From the NCBI GenBank assembly GCA_014323865.1, contig JACONG010000016.1, forward strand, positions 544,523 through 608,522: DNA of 64,000 bases, written 5' to 3'. Below, one piece after another: positions 14,357 through 26,147 of the stretch. The notes under the pieces are model-generated. The model saw nothing but the letters and a program-made list of their open reading frames with translations. It was not told where the DNA came from and ran no database searches. Numbering within the stretch: the stretch's first letter is position 1; every line of letters begins with the position of its first letter. Origin of the DNA: Rhodospirillales bacterium. GTDB lineage: Bacteria > Pseudomonadota > Alphaproteobacteria > SP197. Position numbers and translations under genes: made by a program.

Positions 14357-14384
14357 GTCCCCGGGAACGCCAGTTCCCGGGGAC
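14357..14384 (-). terminator. Perfect 12-bp-stem hairpin downstream of dnaA (likely dnaA terminator)
   Basis: GTCCCCGGGAAC-gcca-GTTCCCGGGGAC, followed on the minus strand by TTTGTG. Confidence 0.5.
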
Positions 14385-14415
14385 TTTGAAGGTGTCCGTA
14401 AGTGCCTGAAAGCAC

Positions 14416-15816
14416 TTAGTTTTCCAGCATGCGTTCGAGAAGTTCCACATCCTCCGCGAAGGCGGGGTCACCGGCCATCAGTTCCTCCACCTTGCGCACC
14501 CCGTGCATGACCGTGGTGTGGTCCCGTCCGCCGAACTTCCGTCCAATCTCGGGCAGGCTGCGGCTGGTCAGGCGTTTGGCGAGATACATGGCGATCTGGC
14601 GCGGCCGGGCGATTGCCCGTTGCTTGCGGCTGGAGACCATATCGGCCATGCGAATGTTGAAGTGTTCGGCGACCTTCTTCTGGATTTCCTCGATCGTCAC
14701 GCGCCGGTCCTGGGCGCGCAGGAGGTCGCGCAGCAAATCCTGGGTGGAATCGAGCGTCACCGGCTGGCCGACCAGCTGCGCGTGCGCCAGAACACGGTTC
14801 AGGGCGCCTTCGAGCTCGCGGACATTCGAGGCGATTTTGTGCGCGAGGAACTCCATGACTCGCTGCGGCACGACCACGTCGGGGAACTGGGCGGCCTTGG
14901 TCTCCAAGATTCCCAGGCGTAGTTCGTAGTCGGCGGGATGGATGTCGGCCACGAGGCCCCAGCCCAGCCGACTCCGCAGGCGTTCCTCAATGCCGTCGAT
15001 GTCCGATGGCGAGCGGTCTCCGGAGATCACGACCTGGCGATTCTGATCGACCAGCGCGTTGAACGTGTGGAAGAACTCCTCCTGGGTTGAATCCTTGCCC
15101 GCGATGAACTGGATGTCGTCGATCATCAGCACGTCGACGGCGCGGAACTGATCCTTGAAAGCCATTGTGTCCTTGTAGCGAAGGGCACGGATGAACTTGT
15201 ACATGAATTTCTCGGCCGACATGTAGAGAACCCGCCGGCCCGGCTTCTTGGCCCGAATATGCCACGCGATCGCGTGCATTAGGTGGGTCTTGCCCAGGCC
15301 GACGCCGCCATAGAGGAAGAGTGGGTTGAAGGTGACCGAATCGGCTGCAGCGACACGCTGGGCCGCGGCATGGGCGAACTCGTTGGTCTTGCCGACGACG
15401 AAGTTTTCGAAGGTGAAGCGCGGATCGAGCAAAGCGGCAATCTTCTCGGCCTCGGCCACCGCATCAAGCATGTTGCCGTCATGGCGGATCATGTCGAGAT
15501 CGCGACGCACCGGCGTCACCTCCCGCCGCGGCGCACGGCGCTCAGGCCTGCCCACCTTGATGGTGATCCCACTGATGGCGTCGTTTTCACCGCACCACAG
15601 ATCGTGCAGGCGTTCGCCGCAGCGCGACATAACCCAGTCCTTCATGTTGCCGCTGGGCACACGCATGACGACCTCGTTGCCCGAGACTCCGTCAAGCGAA
15701 AGCGGGCGCAACCATGTCTTGAATGCTGCTTCGCCCAGTTCAGCGCGAAGGCGACCCCTGACCCGCTTCCACTGGTCTTCCACGTCCTGGTTGATCTTCA
15801 ACTGTTCAGACGCCAT
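14416..15816 (-). CDS. dnaA: Chromosomal replication initiator DnaA
   Basis: The AAA+ motifs GGVGLGKTHLMHAIA and the C-terminal HTH (RKFGGRDHTTVMHG) are present. Start chosen at MASEQLK, which has a GAGGAG RBS; the ORF extends to 15918. Confidence 0.95.
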   Translation of the reverse strand: MASEQLKINQDVEDQWKRVRGRLRAELGEAAFKTWLRPLSLDGVSGNEVVMRVPSGNMKDWVMSRCGERLHDLWCGENDAISGITIKVGRPERRAPRREVTPVRRDLDMIRHDGNMLDAVAEAEKIAALLDPRFTFENFVVGKTNEFAHAAAQRVAAADSVTFNPLFLYGGVGLGKTHLMHAIAWHIRAKKPGRRVLYMSAEKFMYKFIRALRYKDTMAFKDQFRAVDVLMIDDIQFIAGKDSTQEEFFHTFNALVDQNRQVVISGDRSPSDIDGIEERLRSRLGWGLVADIHPADYELRLGILETKAAQFPDVVVPQRVMEFLAHKIASNVRELEGALNRVLAHAQLVGQPVTLDSTQDLLRDLLRAQDRRVTIEEIQKKVAEHFNIRMADMVSSRKQRAIARPRQIAMYLAKRLTSRSLPEIGRKFGGRDHTTVMHGVRKVEELMAGDPAFAEDVELLERMLEN

Positions 15817-15919
15817 CAACGATCTCCTCGAAACGCCGCGCATGGGGGCTGCAGGCAGGGCAGCCGCTTGGCAGGCGGGCCTCATGCTGCACATGCGACC
15901 GGCGGTGTAAGCGTGCATT

Positions 15920-16385
15920 AACGACGGGCAGAGGCTTCTCGATTGAGGGGTGCGAAGACACCACGCCGCCAGTCAGTCGATATAAATTGCTGTTCATTTT
16001 CAACCCTTTAACCGCAAACTTCTACTCCACCACAGTCCCGTTTTTTGCGTGCGACAGGTTGCGAATGACCACCACTGTGTCCGAAGCTGAGCGCAACCTA
16101 CAATATTGCCGCGACTGCACGAGTCGTGGCCAGAGAAGGATTGGCGTCACTGCTTGTCGCCCCACCGGAACTATTATTCTTGAGGTCATCCCCGCGACCT
16201 TAATGAACCATAGAGCAAGGCCCTCGACGGAAACAACTGGATTAAAACAAGAACATCGATCGACGCAGCCACAATACATCTATAGATTGTATAAGTGAAT
16301 CATATGACAAAACAAGAAACGCGCCGGACCATTCGGTCCGACGCGTTGTCATCACAGGATCATGTGCAGCCCGCAGGACGTCCGA
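15920..16385. promoter_or_regulatory. AT-rich 466-bp non-coding region upstream of dnaA (dnaA promoter, candidate oriC)
   Basis: GC content drops sharply; there is an A/T tract at about 16250–16320 (…acaatacatctatagattgtataagtgaatcatatgac…). No perfect TTATCCACA box was seen by eye. Confidence 0.4.
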
Positions 16386-16646
16386 CTACATCTTGGCGAT
16401 ACGTTGCACCAGACGGGACACCTTTCGCGACGCGGCGTTCTTGTGCATCACGCCGGTCTTGGCGCCGCGCATGATCTCGGGTTGCGCCGAACGCAGCGCC
16501 TGGGTCGCGGCTTCCTTGTCGCCCTTGGCGATCGCTTCTTCGACCGAGCGCATGTAGCTGCGCACACGGCTCATACGGCTGCGATTAATGGCGGTTCGCC
16601 GGGCGGTTTGGCGCACGCGCTTCTTGGCTTGCATCGAGTTGGCCAT
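16386..16646 (-). CDS. rpsT: 30S ribosomal protein S20
   Basis: [33 protein letters not shown] is the canonical S20 sequence. Confidence 0.95.
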   Translation of the reverse strand: MANSMQAKKRVRQTARRTAINRSRMSRVRSYMRSVEEAIAKGDKEAATQALRSAQPEIMRGAKTGVMHKNAASRKVSRLVQRIAKM

Positions 16647-16841
16647 GGAATCTCCTGGCGCTTGGGTTCATTTTGGAGCGCGGCTTATAGCGATGCGGAT
16701 TGAGGGCGTCAACGGCAAGGAAACTGGCGATTCGCCGGTCACCATTGATGTCATCCAAATGAATTGGAAAAGCATCGTATTTCCGAATCGTGCGAATCGT
16801 TCGCGGCGGAACCTGTCGGTTTTCGTCGCAAGATCGTCACA

Positions 16842-17675
16842 TTAACGCTGGCACCGACCGCAGAAGAAAGTGGAACGGTTGGACTGCACGATTCGGCGCA
16901 CGGTTCCCGGACAACCCGGCGTTGGGCAGGGCACTCCTTCGCGGTCGTAGACCCGGAAGTTGTGCTGGAAGTAGCCGAGTTCTCCGGAGGCCTGGCGATG
17001 ATCGCGCAACGAGGAACCGCCCGCCGCGATCGCCTCGTTCAAGACGTCGACGATCGCCGGCGCCAACCGCTCGCATCGCTTGCCCGCGACCGACTTTGCG
17101 AGCCGTCGCGGCGAGATCCCGGCGCGGCTCAGGGCTTCGCAGGCATAGATGTTACCGACCCCGCCGACGACCTTCTGGTCGAGCAGCGCCGCCTTGATCG
17201 GCGTGGCTTTGCAGGCGAGCTGTGCGGAGAGATGCTCGGGGCCGAACAGGGGATCCAGCGGATCGGCCGCGATCGCGGCGAGCAGAGGATGCTCTGCCTC
17301 CTCCTCGCGCCGGGTCAGCGTCATGAGCCCGAAGCGGCGATGGTCGTTGTAGATGATGCGCGCCCCGTCGTCGGTGGTGAAGACGACATGGTCGTGGGCT
17401 TCAGGCGGTTGGTTGCTGCCCCAGTTCTGGACGACCATGCGGCCCGACATGCCGAGATGGCAGATCAGCACAAGCCCGTCGTCGAGATCGAACAGCAGAT
17501 ACTTGGCCTTACGCCGCAACTGCTCGACCCTGCAGCCCTCCACCAGGCCCGCAAAGCCGACGGGGAAGGGAATCCGCAGGTCGGGACGACGCTGGTCCAC
17601 AGCGACAATGCGATGGCCGAGCAGGACGGGCTCTAGGCCCCGCCTAACGGTTTCCACCTCGGGCAGTTCGGGCAT
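16842..17675 (-). CDS. mutM: Formamidopyrimidine-DNA glycosylase
   Basis: The conserved Fpg N-terminus MPELPEVETVRRGL, plus a C-terminal zinc finger CPTPGCPGTVRRIVQSNRSTFFCGRCQ. Start at 17675; the long ORF to 17999 is an upstream extension. Confidence 0.9.
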   Translation of the reverse strand: MPELPEVETVRRGLEPVLLGHRIVAVDQRRPDLRIPFPVGFAGLVEGCRVEQLRRKAKYLLFDLDDGLVLICHLGMSGRMVVQNWGSNQPPEAHDHVVFTTDDGARIIYNDHRRFGLMTLTRREEEAEHPLLAAIAADPLDPLFGPEHLSAQLACKATPIKAALLDQKVVGGVGNIYACEALSRAGISPRRLAKSVAGKRCERLAPAIVDVLNEAIAAGGSSLRDHRQASGELGYFQHNFRVYDREGVPCPTPGCPGTVRRIVQSNRSTFFCGRCQR

Positions 17676-17798
17676 CGCTCCGGCGCACCTCCACAAGTCC
17701 AGACGATCCGCCACGATGTAGAGAGAAAGTCGCCGGCTGCAAAGCCGCAGGCCGCACCCGTTGGTGTGAATCCATGCGCGATAGTATGCTCCGCTTCC

Positions 17799-18554
17799 AT
17801 GTCCGACCTCGACCAGATCGATCACGCCACCCGATTCGGCGAACAACGCATTGCCGAAGACGACAAGGCGCGCCTTGTGCGCGACATCTTTGACAGCGTG
17901 GCGAGCCGCTACGACTTGATGAACGATCTCATGTCGGCGGGCGTACATCGGCTTTGGAAGCGCGAGATGGTTGGTCTTGTAGCGCGTGACATCGGACACG
18001 GCCGGGTCGTGGATGTCGCGGGTGGCACGGGCGACATCGCTTTCCGCCTGCTGGAAAGCGGCTTTGCCGTCGATGTCGTCGACATCAACGCCGCCATGCT
18101 GTCGGTCGGCCGCGACCGCGCCATCGATCGCACGCTGATAGAAGGTCTGACCTGGACCTGTGGTGACGCCGAGGCGCTACCACTGCCAGATCTGAGCGCC
18201 GACGCCTATACGATCGCCTTCGGCATTCGCAACGTGACCCATCTCGATCGTGTCCTTGCCGAAGTGCGACGTGTGCTGCGACCCGGCGGGCGGTTCGTCT
18301 GCCTGGAGTTCGGTCATGTTGTGCTGCCGTTGCTCGACCGTGTCTACAAGCGCTACTCCGACAAGGTCCTTCCGCGACTCGGCGCCATGGTCGCGGGCGA
18401 CCGCGAGTCGTACCGGTACCTCGTCGACAGCATTCGGCGCTTTCCGGTCCAGGACCGCTTTGCCGCCATGGTCTCCGATGCCGGTCTGTCCCGGGTCGGC
18501 ACGATCAATCTCTCGGGTGGCATAGCCGCCCTGACGACCGCCTGGCGTCTGTGA
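17799..18554 (+). CDS. ubiE: Ubiquinone/menaquinone C-methyltransferase
   Basis: VFDSVASRYDLMNDLMS and VVDVAGGTGDIAF are UbiE signatures. The alternative start at 17766 is also possible. Confidence 0.9.
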   Translation: MSDLDQIDHATRFGEQRIAEDDKARLVRDIFDSVASRYDLMNDLMSAGVHRLWKREMVGLVARDIGHGRVVDVAGGTGDIAFRLLESGFAVDVVDINAAMLSVGRDRAIDRTLIEGLTWTCGDAEALPLPDLSADAYTIAFGIRNVTHLDRVLAEVRRVLRPGGRFVCLEFGHVVLPLLDRVYKRYSDKVLPRLGAMVAGDRESYRYLVDSIRRFPVQDRFAAMVSDAGLSRVGTINLSGGIAALTTAWRL

Positions 18555-18561
18555 TCTCTCC

Positions 18562-20221
18562 GTGCGTCCGGCCACGCTGAATCTGTTGCAGACCGCGCGC
18601 AATCTGGCGTGGCTTCTTGCGATCGCGCGAACGCTGGTGCGCTATAACGTCTCCTCCCGCTCCAACTCGCAGGCGTCGCACCCCCGGTGATGTGGGCCGC
18701 CAAGATGGTGTCGTCGCACAGTGCCGAAGGGCGTCCGGGACAACGTCTGGCTCGTGCTCTTCAGGAGCTCGGCCACAGTTTCGTGAAGTTCGTGAAGGTA
18801 GACCAGTTGCTTTCGGTGCGGCCCGATCTTGTCGGCCAGGAGATCGTTGCCGATCTCCAGACCCTGCAGGATGGCCTGACACCGTTCCCGGCCGAGGAGG
18901 CTCGGGCGACCATTGAACGCGAGCTGGAACGGCCGCTCGACGAGCTGTTCGAGAGCTTCGACAGCACGCCGGTTGCTACCGCCTCGACCGCACAGGTCCA
19001 CCGCGCGGTGACCTCGGACGGCCGCACGGTGGCGGTCAAGGTGCTACAGCCGCGCATCGCCGAGATCCTCGTTTGCTTACCAGCGCCCGGAGTTGCGAGA
19101 AAGGTGTCTGAGATGCTCCGGCAAGTCCTGTAGTGTCTCGATAGAGGGCCACATGAGAAGTATAACATCACGGCCGTTGCAAGCGCGACGACGACACCAA
19201 CCGCACGACAAAGCACCTCGCTGTCGTCGGTTCGCGGTGCCCAAACCAAGATGCATAACGCTACGCCGAGTGCCCGCCATAAACGGCGAGTATGCCAAAC
19301 AGTGCACCTAGAACATTGATTGCTGAGACCAACATTTTAGTTACTCCCTAGTTGTTCGGATAAGAGGGCTGCCACCAATGGTGCAATCCCAAACCCCGAT
19401 AGTTTCCGATGGAACATCAACTGGAGACATCACGGCGGCGAACAAGGTGGTCGCGAGCGAAGCGACATGGGCCTCGCACACTGGCTCGCTGACGTTATGG
19501 AGCACGCCCGGCCCGGCCTCAAGAGGCTCAAGCCGGTTCAGGTGGTCGAGACGCTGCGGAAGTGAGGCGACGTCGAACTCGACTTCAGGCCCGGTGTCGC
19601 TCACAGAGAACATGGCCGACGCTCCCGGCTTCCGCGTGCCCGAGATCGACTGGCAGCTCACCGGCGAACATGTGCTGAACCTGGAGTGGGTCAAAGGCAT
19701 CCCCGTCGATGAGCGCGAGTCGCTGCAGGCTAGCTGCAGGCTATGTGCCCCCCGGGACCGCAGCCGCGAGCTCTTCACCCAAGCATGCCGCTCGATCGGT
19801 GAGCCGATCCTAGGCCGGCCGCTCAACAAGATCTCGATCGCCCGACTTCTGGCCCAGCTTCTGCTCTTGCAGAAGACCATGCGGATCAATGAGGGCATCG
19901 GCCGTGCGCTGGCGTTCGCTCTCAAAATGTGGCGCTATCCCAGCCGCTGATCGAGAACTGTGCCGTGCGCGATCTCTCGCCGCCGGCATGGGCCTACGAT
20001 GCGGCACAGTCGGCGCGGCGACGCTGCGCCGCCTGCCGGAGCTGGCCCAGAAGGTCGAGGACATCACTGACGAGACCTCGGCCTCGGGGTTTCGTCTGCA
20101 CACCGACACGGTCGACGACCTGGCGCGCCGCCTTGCGGAAATCGGCAGCCGGGCGACCACCGCGCTCTGGGCTGCGGCATGGCTTGCCCTTCTGGTCGCA
20201 GCCATCGCACTCATCGTCTGA
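18562..20221 (+). pseudogene. ubiB: ubiB (AarF/ABC1 kinase-like ubiquinone biosynthesis protein) disrupted by frameshifts and an internal insertion
   Basis: UbiB-like segments fall in different frames: 18562 (LLQTARNLAWLLAIARTLVRY), 18687 (…FVKFVKVDQLLSVRPDLVG…AVKVLQPRI), 19478 (LADVMEHARPGLKRLKPVQVVETLRK), 19606 (FRVPEIDWQLTGEHVLNLEWVKGIPV), and 19889 (C-terminal TM region). The total span of about 1.66 kb equals the normal ubiB length plus an insert of roughly 350 bp. Confidence 0.7.
19261..19335 (-). CDS. Candidate 24-aa hydrophobic peptide ORF (MLVSAINVLGALFGILAVYGGHSA) inside the low-GC insert in ubiB
   Basis: ATG preceded by AGGGAG at the proper spacing; a single predicted TM helix; located in a segment of about 48% GC. 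Confidence 0.2.
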   Translation of the reverse strand: MLVSAINVLGALFGILAVYGGHSA

Positions 20222-20390
20222 CGGACGCGGTCGAATCCAAAACCTCGAGGCATTCTCGCGCTCGACCCGAGAGCCCGTGCTCCGAGCACGCCTTGGCAAG
20301 ATCCCTGTGGCCCCACCATGACCCCAAAGCAATGAGCCGGCCCTCTGTGAGGCCCACCCCTTTGCCGCTCATGCGTATCGCGACATCCCG

Positions 20391-22612
<2,222 letters not shown>

Positions 22613-22693
22613 ATCAAGAGTGGACTTTGTACGATTCCGTGAAAGATTAACGGCGCTGTCCTATATTGTGCAGTGCACAACAGGGTGAAACCG

Positions 22694-23899
22694 ATGCTCG
22701 ACGGCAAGCACGTCCTTCTCGTCATCTCCGGCGGCATCGCCGCATACAAGACGCCAGACCTTGTCCGGCAACTGACCAACCGGGGCGCTGGCGTTCGCTG
22801 CGTGATGACCGAAGGCGCCCAAGAGTTCGTGACACCGCTGACGTTGTCGGCTCTGACCGGCGACAAGGTCTTCACCGAGCTCTTCTCGCTCACCGACGAG
22901 GCGAAGATGAGCCATATACCGTTGAGCCGGGAGGCTGACATCGTCGTCGTGGCGCCGGCCACGGCCAATCTGATAGCGCGCATGGCGGCGGGTCTCGCCG
23001 ACGATCTGGTGACCACCGTTCTGCTGGCGACCGACAAGCCTGTCCTGATGGCGCCTGCCATGAACACGATGATGTGGAACCACGCTGCGACCCGGCGCAA
23101 TGCCGCACGGCTGGTCAGCGACGGGATTGCCATGGTCGGCCCGGAGGCGGGCGATCTCGCCTGCGGCGAGGTCGGCTCGGGCCGCATGAGCCAGCCCGTT
23201 GACATCGTCACGGCGATCGAGGCCACCTTGGCCGATGACGGCGCCCGGCCGCTTGCGGGTCACCATGCTCTGATCACCAGCGGACCGACCCACGAGCCGA
23301 TCGATCCCGTGCGCTACATCGCCAACCGCAGTTCGGGCAAGCAGGGCCACGCCATTGCTGCCGCCTGCGCCCGCCTCGGTGCACGTGTGACGCTGGTGTC
23401 GGGACCGGCCGCCCTCGACGATCCGGCCGGTGTCGATGTTGTCCGCGTCGAGACTGCGCGCGACATGCTCGGAGCCTGTGAGGCTGCGCTGCCCGCCGAC
23501 GTCGCCGTCTGCGCTGCCGCCGTGGCCGACTGGCGTGTCGCCCAGCCCGCCGACAGCAAGATGAAGAAGAACGGCGGCGCGCTGCCCACGCTCGCCTTAG
23601 CCGAGAACCCCGACATCCTTGCCGTGCTCGCCGGCCGCAACGACGGCCGCCCGCGGCTCGTCGTCGGGTTCGCTGCCGAGACCGGCGATGTCGTGACCTA
23701 CGCCCAGGGCAAGCTTGCGTCGAAGGGCTGCGACTGGATCGTCGCCAACGATGTCAGCGAAGGCACGGGCACCTTCGGCGGTGATGACAACACGGTCCAT
23801 CTCGTGACCTCGGCGGGCGTCGAGGACTGGCCGTGCATGTCGAAGCCCGCGGTCGCCGAACGGCTCGCCCGCTCGATCGCTGCCCACCTCGCCGCATGA
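22694..23899 (+). CDS. coaBC: Bifunctional phosphopantothenoylcysteine decarboxylase/phosphopantothenate-cysteine ligase
   Basis: [23 protein letters not shown] (flavoprotein domain) plus a C-terminal CoaB domain; the protein is 402 aa. Confidence 0.9.
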   Translation: MLDGKHVLLVISGGIAAYKTPDLVRQLTNRGAGVRCVMTEGAQEFVTPLTLSALTGDKVFTELFSLTDEAKMSHIPLSREADIVVVAPATANLIARMAAGLADDLVTTVLLATDKPVLMAPAMNTMMWNHAATRRNAARLVSDGIAMVGPEAGDLACGEVGSGRMSQPVDIVTAIEATLADDGARPLAGHHALITSGPTHEPIDPVRYIANRSSGKQGHAIAAACARLGARVTLVSGPAALDDPAGVDVVRVETARDMLGACEAALPADVAVCAAAVADWRVAQPADSKMKKNGGALPTLALAENPDILAVLAGRNDGRPRLVVGFAAETGDVVTYAQGKLASKGCDWIVANDVSEGTGTFGGDDNTVHLVTSAGVEDWPCMSKPAVAERLARSIAAHLAA

Positions 23900-24345
23900 G
23901 TTTGAGGGTCCGGCTGATTCGGCTTGATCACGGGGCGGAGCTTGATCTGCCCGCCTATGCCACACCAGGCTCGGCCGGGGTCGACCTGCGCGCGGCGACC
24001 GATGACACCACGACGATCGAACCGGGTGACCACGCCATAGTCCCGACCGGCCTCGCGCTTGCGCTGCCCCAGGGTTACGAGGCCCAGATCCGGCCACGCT
24101 CGGGTCTGGCCGCCAGACATGCCGTGACCGTGCTCAACAGCCCCGGTACGGTCGACAGCGACTACCGTGGCGAGGTCAAGGTGCTGCTGATCAACCACGG
24201 CTACGAACCCTTCACCTTCGAGCGTGGTGAACGCATTGCCCAGATGGTCATCGCGCCGGTCGTCCAGGTGACGTTCGACAAGGTCGACACGCTCGATGAA
24301 ACCGCACGCGGTGCGGGCGGCCACGGCTCGACCGGCAGAGACTAG
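23896..24345 (+). CDS. dut: dUTP diphosphatase
   Basis: GSAGVDLRA…RSGLAARH…DSDYRGEV are the dUTPase motifs. There is an ATGA overlap with coaBC. Confidence 0.9.
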   Translation: MSLRVRLIRLDHGAELDLPAYATPGSAGVDLRAATDDTTTIEPGDHAIVPTGLALALPQGYEAQIRPRSGLAARHAVTVLNSPGTVDSDYRGEVKVLLINHGYEPFTFERGERIAQMVIAPVVQVTFDKVDTLDETARGAGGHGSTGRD

Positions 24346-24354
24346 GAGACACCC

Positions 24355-24672
24355 ATGCTCGCGCTGCGGCCCAACTGCCAATACTGCGACAAGGACATGC
24401 CGCCCGACGTTCCTGATGCCATGATCTGCACCTAACCAGTCACCTTCTGCGCGGACTGCATCGAGGCGCATCTTCACAACGTCTGCCCGAACTGCGGCGG
24501 CCGTTTCGCGCTTTGCCCGACGATGGCGCCGCGCGAGGGCGTGTCGCTCCGGCATCAGCCGGCTTCGACCGAGCGTGTGCACCTCGGATATCCGAAGGAT
24601 GACATCGCCGCCTTCACTGCGCCCACCGGCACGTCCCGCCAGCCGAGCGTTGAGCGCGGCTTGCAAGGGTGA
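24355..24672 (+). pseudogene. DUF1272-family Cys-rich small protein gene with an in-frame TAA at 24433–24435
   Basis: MLALRPNCQYCDKDMPPDVPDAMICT-[TAA]-PVTFCADCIEAHLHNVCPNCGG… The stop replaces a residue between conserved Cys pairs. Confidence 0.5.
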
Positions 24673-24696
24673 TCCCGCCTGCCCACCTTTGGCAGC

Positions 24697-25521
24697 ATGG
24701 ACATCACCGACTTTACCGAAGAGCAGCTTCACCGCTACGCACGCCATATCGTCATGCCCGAGGTTGGCGGCGAGGGGCAGGTCAAGCTGCTCAATGCGAA
24801 GGTGCTGGTCGTGGGCGCCGGAGGCTTAGGCGCGCCACTCGTCATGTATCTCGCGGCAGCTGGTGTCGGCACGATAGGGATCGTCGACAATGACGTCGTC
24901 GAACCCTCGAACCTGCAGCGCCAGATCGCCCACACCAACGACCGAATCGGCATGCCCAAGACCGAAAGCGCCGAGACGACGATCAAGGCTCTGAACCCCG
25001 ACATCACCGTGATACGGCATCAGGAGCGTATCGAGCACCACAACGCACTCGAGATCATCGCGGGATACGATCTGGTCTGCGATGGCACCGACAACTTCCC
25101 CACGCGCTACCTGATCAACGATGCCTGCTATCTCGCGAGGAAGCTGCTGGTCAGTGCGGCGATGATGCGCTTCGACGGCCAGCTCACCACGTTCCGCGCT
25201 CACGAGGGCGACGAGAACCCCTGCTACCGCTGCCTCTTTCCGGAGGTACCGCCAGAGGGCCTGGTGCCGTCGTGCTCGGAAGCCGGCATCTTCGGCGCCA
25301 TCGCCGGGGTCATGGGCACGCTGCAGACGGCCGAGGTGCTCAAGGAGTTGATAGGCCTCGGCGAGAGCCTGGTCGGCACGCTGCTCATTTATGACGCGCT
25401 GGGCGCGGAGTTCCGCCGCGTAAAGTACGGCAAGGACCCCGACTGTGCGCTCTGCGGCAGCCGGGCCACCATCACCAACCTCTCTGGCCACGCCCAACAC
25501 GCCCGGAGGATGCAATCGTGA
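24697..25521 (+). CDS. moeB: Molybdopterin-synthase adenylyltransferase (ThiF/MoeB E1-like)
   Basis: Nucleotide-binding motif VLVVGAGGLGAPL, the catalytic Cys region, and two CxxC pairs (CYRC…CALCG). Confidence 0.85.
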   Translation: MDITDFTEEQLHRYARHIVMPEVGGEGQVKLLNAKVLVVGAGGLGAPLVMYLAAAGVGTIGIVDNDVVEPSNLQRQIAHTNDRIGMPKTESAETTIKALNPDITVIRHQERIEHHNALEIIAGYDLVCDGTDNFPTRYLINDACYLARKLLVSAAMMRFDGQLTTFRAHEGDENPCYRCLFPEVPPEGLVPSCSEAGIFGAIAGVMGTLQTAEVLKELIGLGESLVGTLLIYDALGAEFRRVKYGKDPDCALCGSRATITNLSGHAQHARRMQS

Positions 25522-25651
25522 GACTCCACAAATCTCGATTTCCGTCATGCCCCGGCTTGACCGGAGCATCCATCATCCGATTTGGCGGATCGCGATGGCG
25601 GACGATGGATCGCGCCATCAGGTGGGGGCGATGACGGTGGGAGAGTGGTCC

Positions 25652-26047
25652 ATGTCTGATCCCGCGCCCCTCGGTGTCGTCGTGCTTTCGGGTGCCTATG
25701 AACGGGTGCACTACGCGCTGATGATGGCCTCGGCCGCGGCGGCCATCGACCGGCCGGTGACGGTGTTTGTCACGATGGATGCGGTGCCGCTTCTGGTGAA
25801 GGACGAGGGCTGGCGGACCCTGATGGGATCGGAACGCGACGACGCGCTGAAGGCGGGCAACGTGGCCGATATCGAAACCCTGCTCGAGGCCTGTGCGGCG
25901 ATGGATGTCAGCTTCATGGTCTGTGAGGCCGGTTTGAAGGTCGAGGACACGCCGGCCGAGGCCATGCGCGACGATCTCGGCGTCGAGGTGACGGGGCTCG
26001 TCACGTTCTATGGCGCTGTCGGATCGGGCCGGATCGTCACGCTCTGA
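25652..26047 (+). CDS. DsrE/DsrF-like (YchN-like) family small protein
   Basis: A 131-aa protein with a GGGAGAG RBS. The pattern PLGVVVLSGAYERVHYALMMASAAAAIDRPVTVFVTMDAV has the alternating β/α hydrophobicity typical of the DsrE fold. Confidence 0.6.
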   Translation: MSDPAPLGVVVLSGAYERVHYALMMASAAAAIDRPVTVFVTMDAVPLLVKDEGWRTLMGSERDDALKAGNVADIETLLEACAAMDVSFMVCEAGLKVEDTPAEAMRDDLGVEVTGLVTFYGAVGSGRIVTL

Positions 26048-26147
26048 GCTTGATCTTCGGGTCGGATTTCATCACCGTATCACCGCCGTCCGGAACCACG
26101 GCGCTTCGCTCAAAGGGCCGCTTTCTCTCACCTTTGGAGAACGGACT

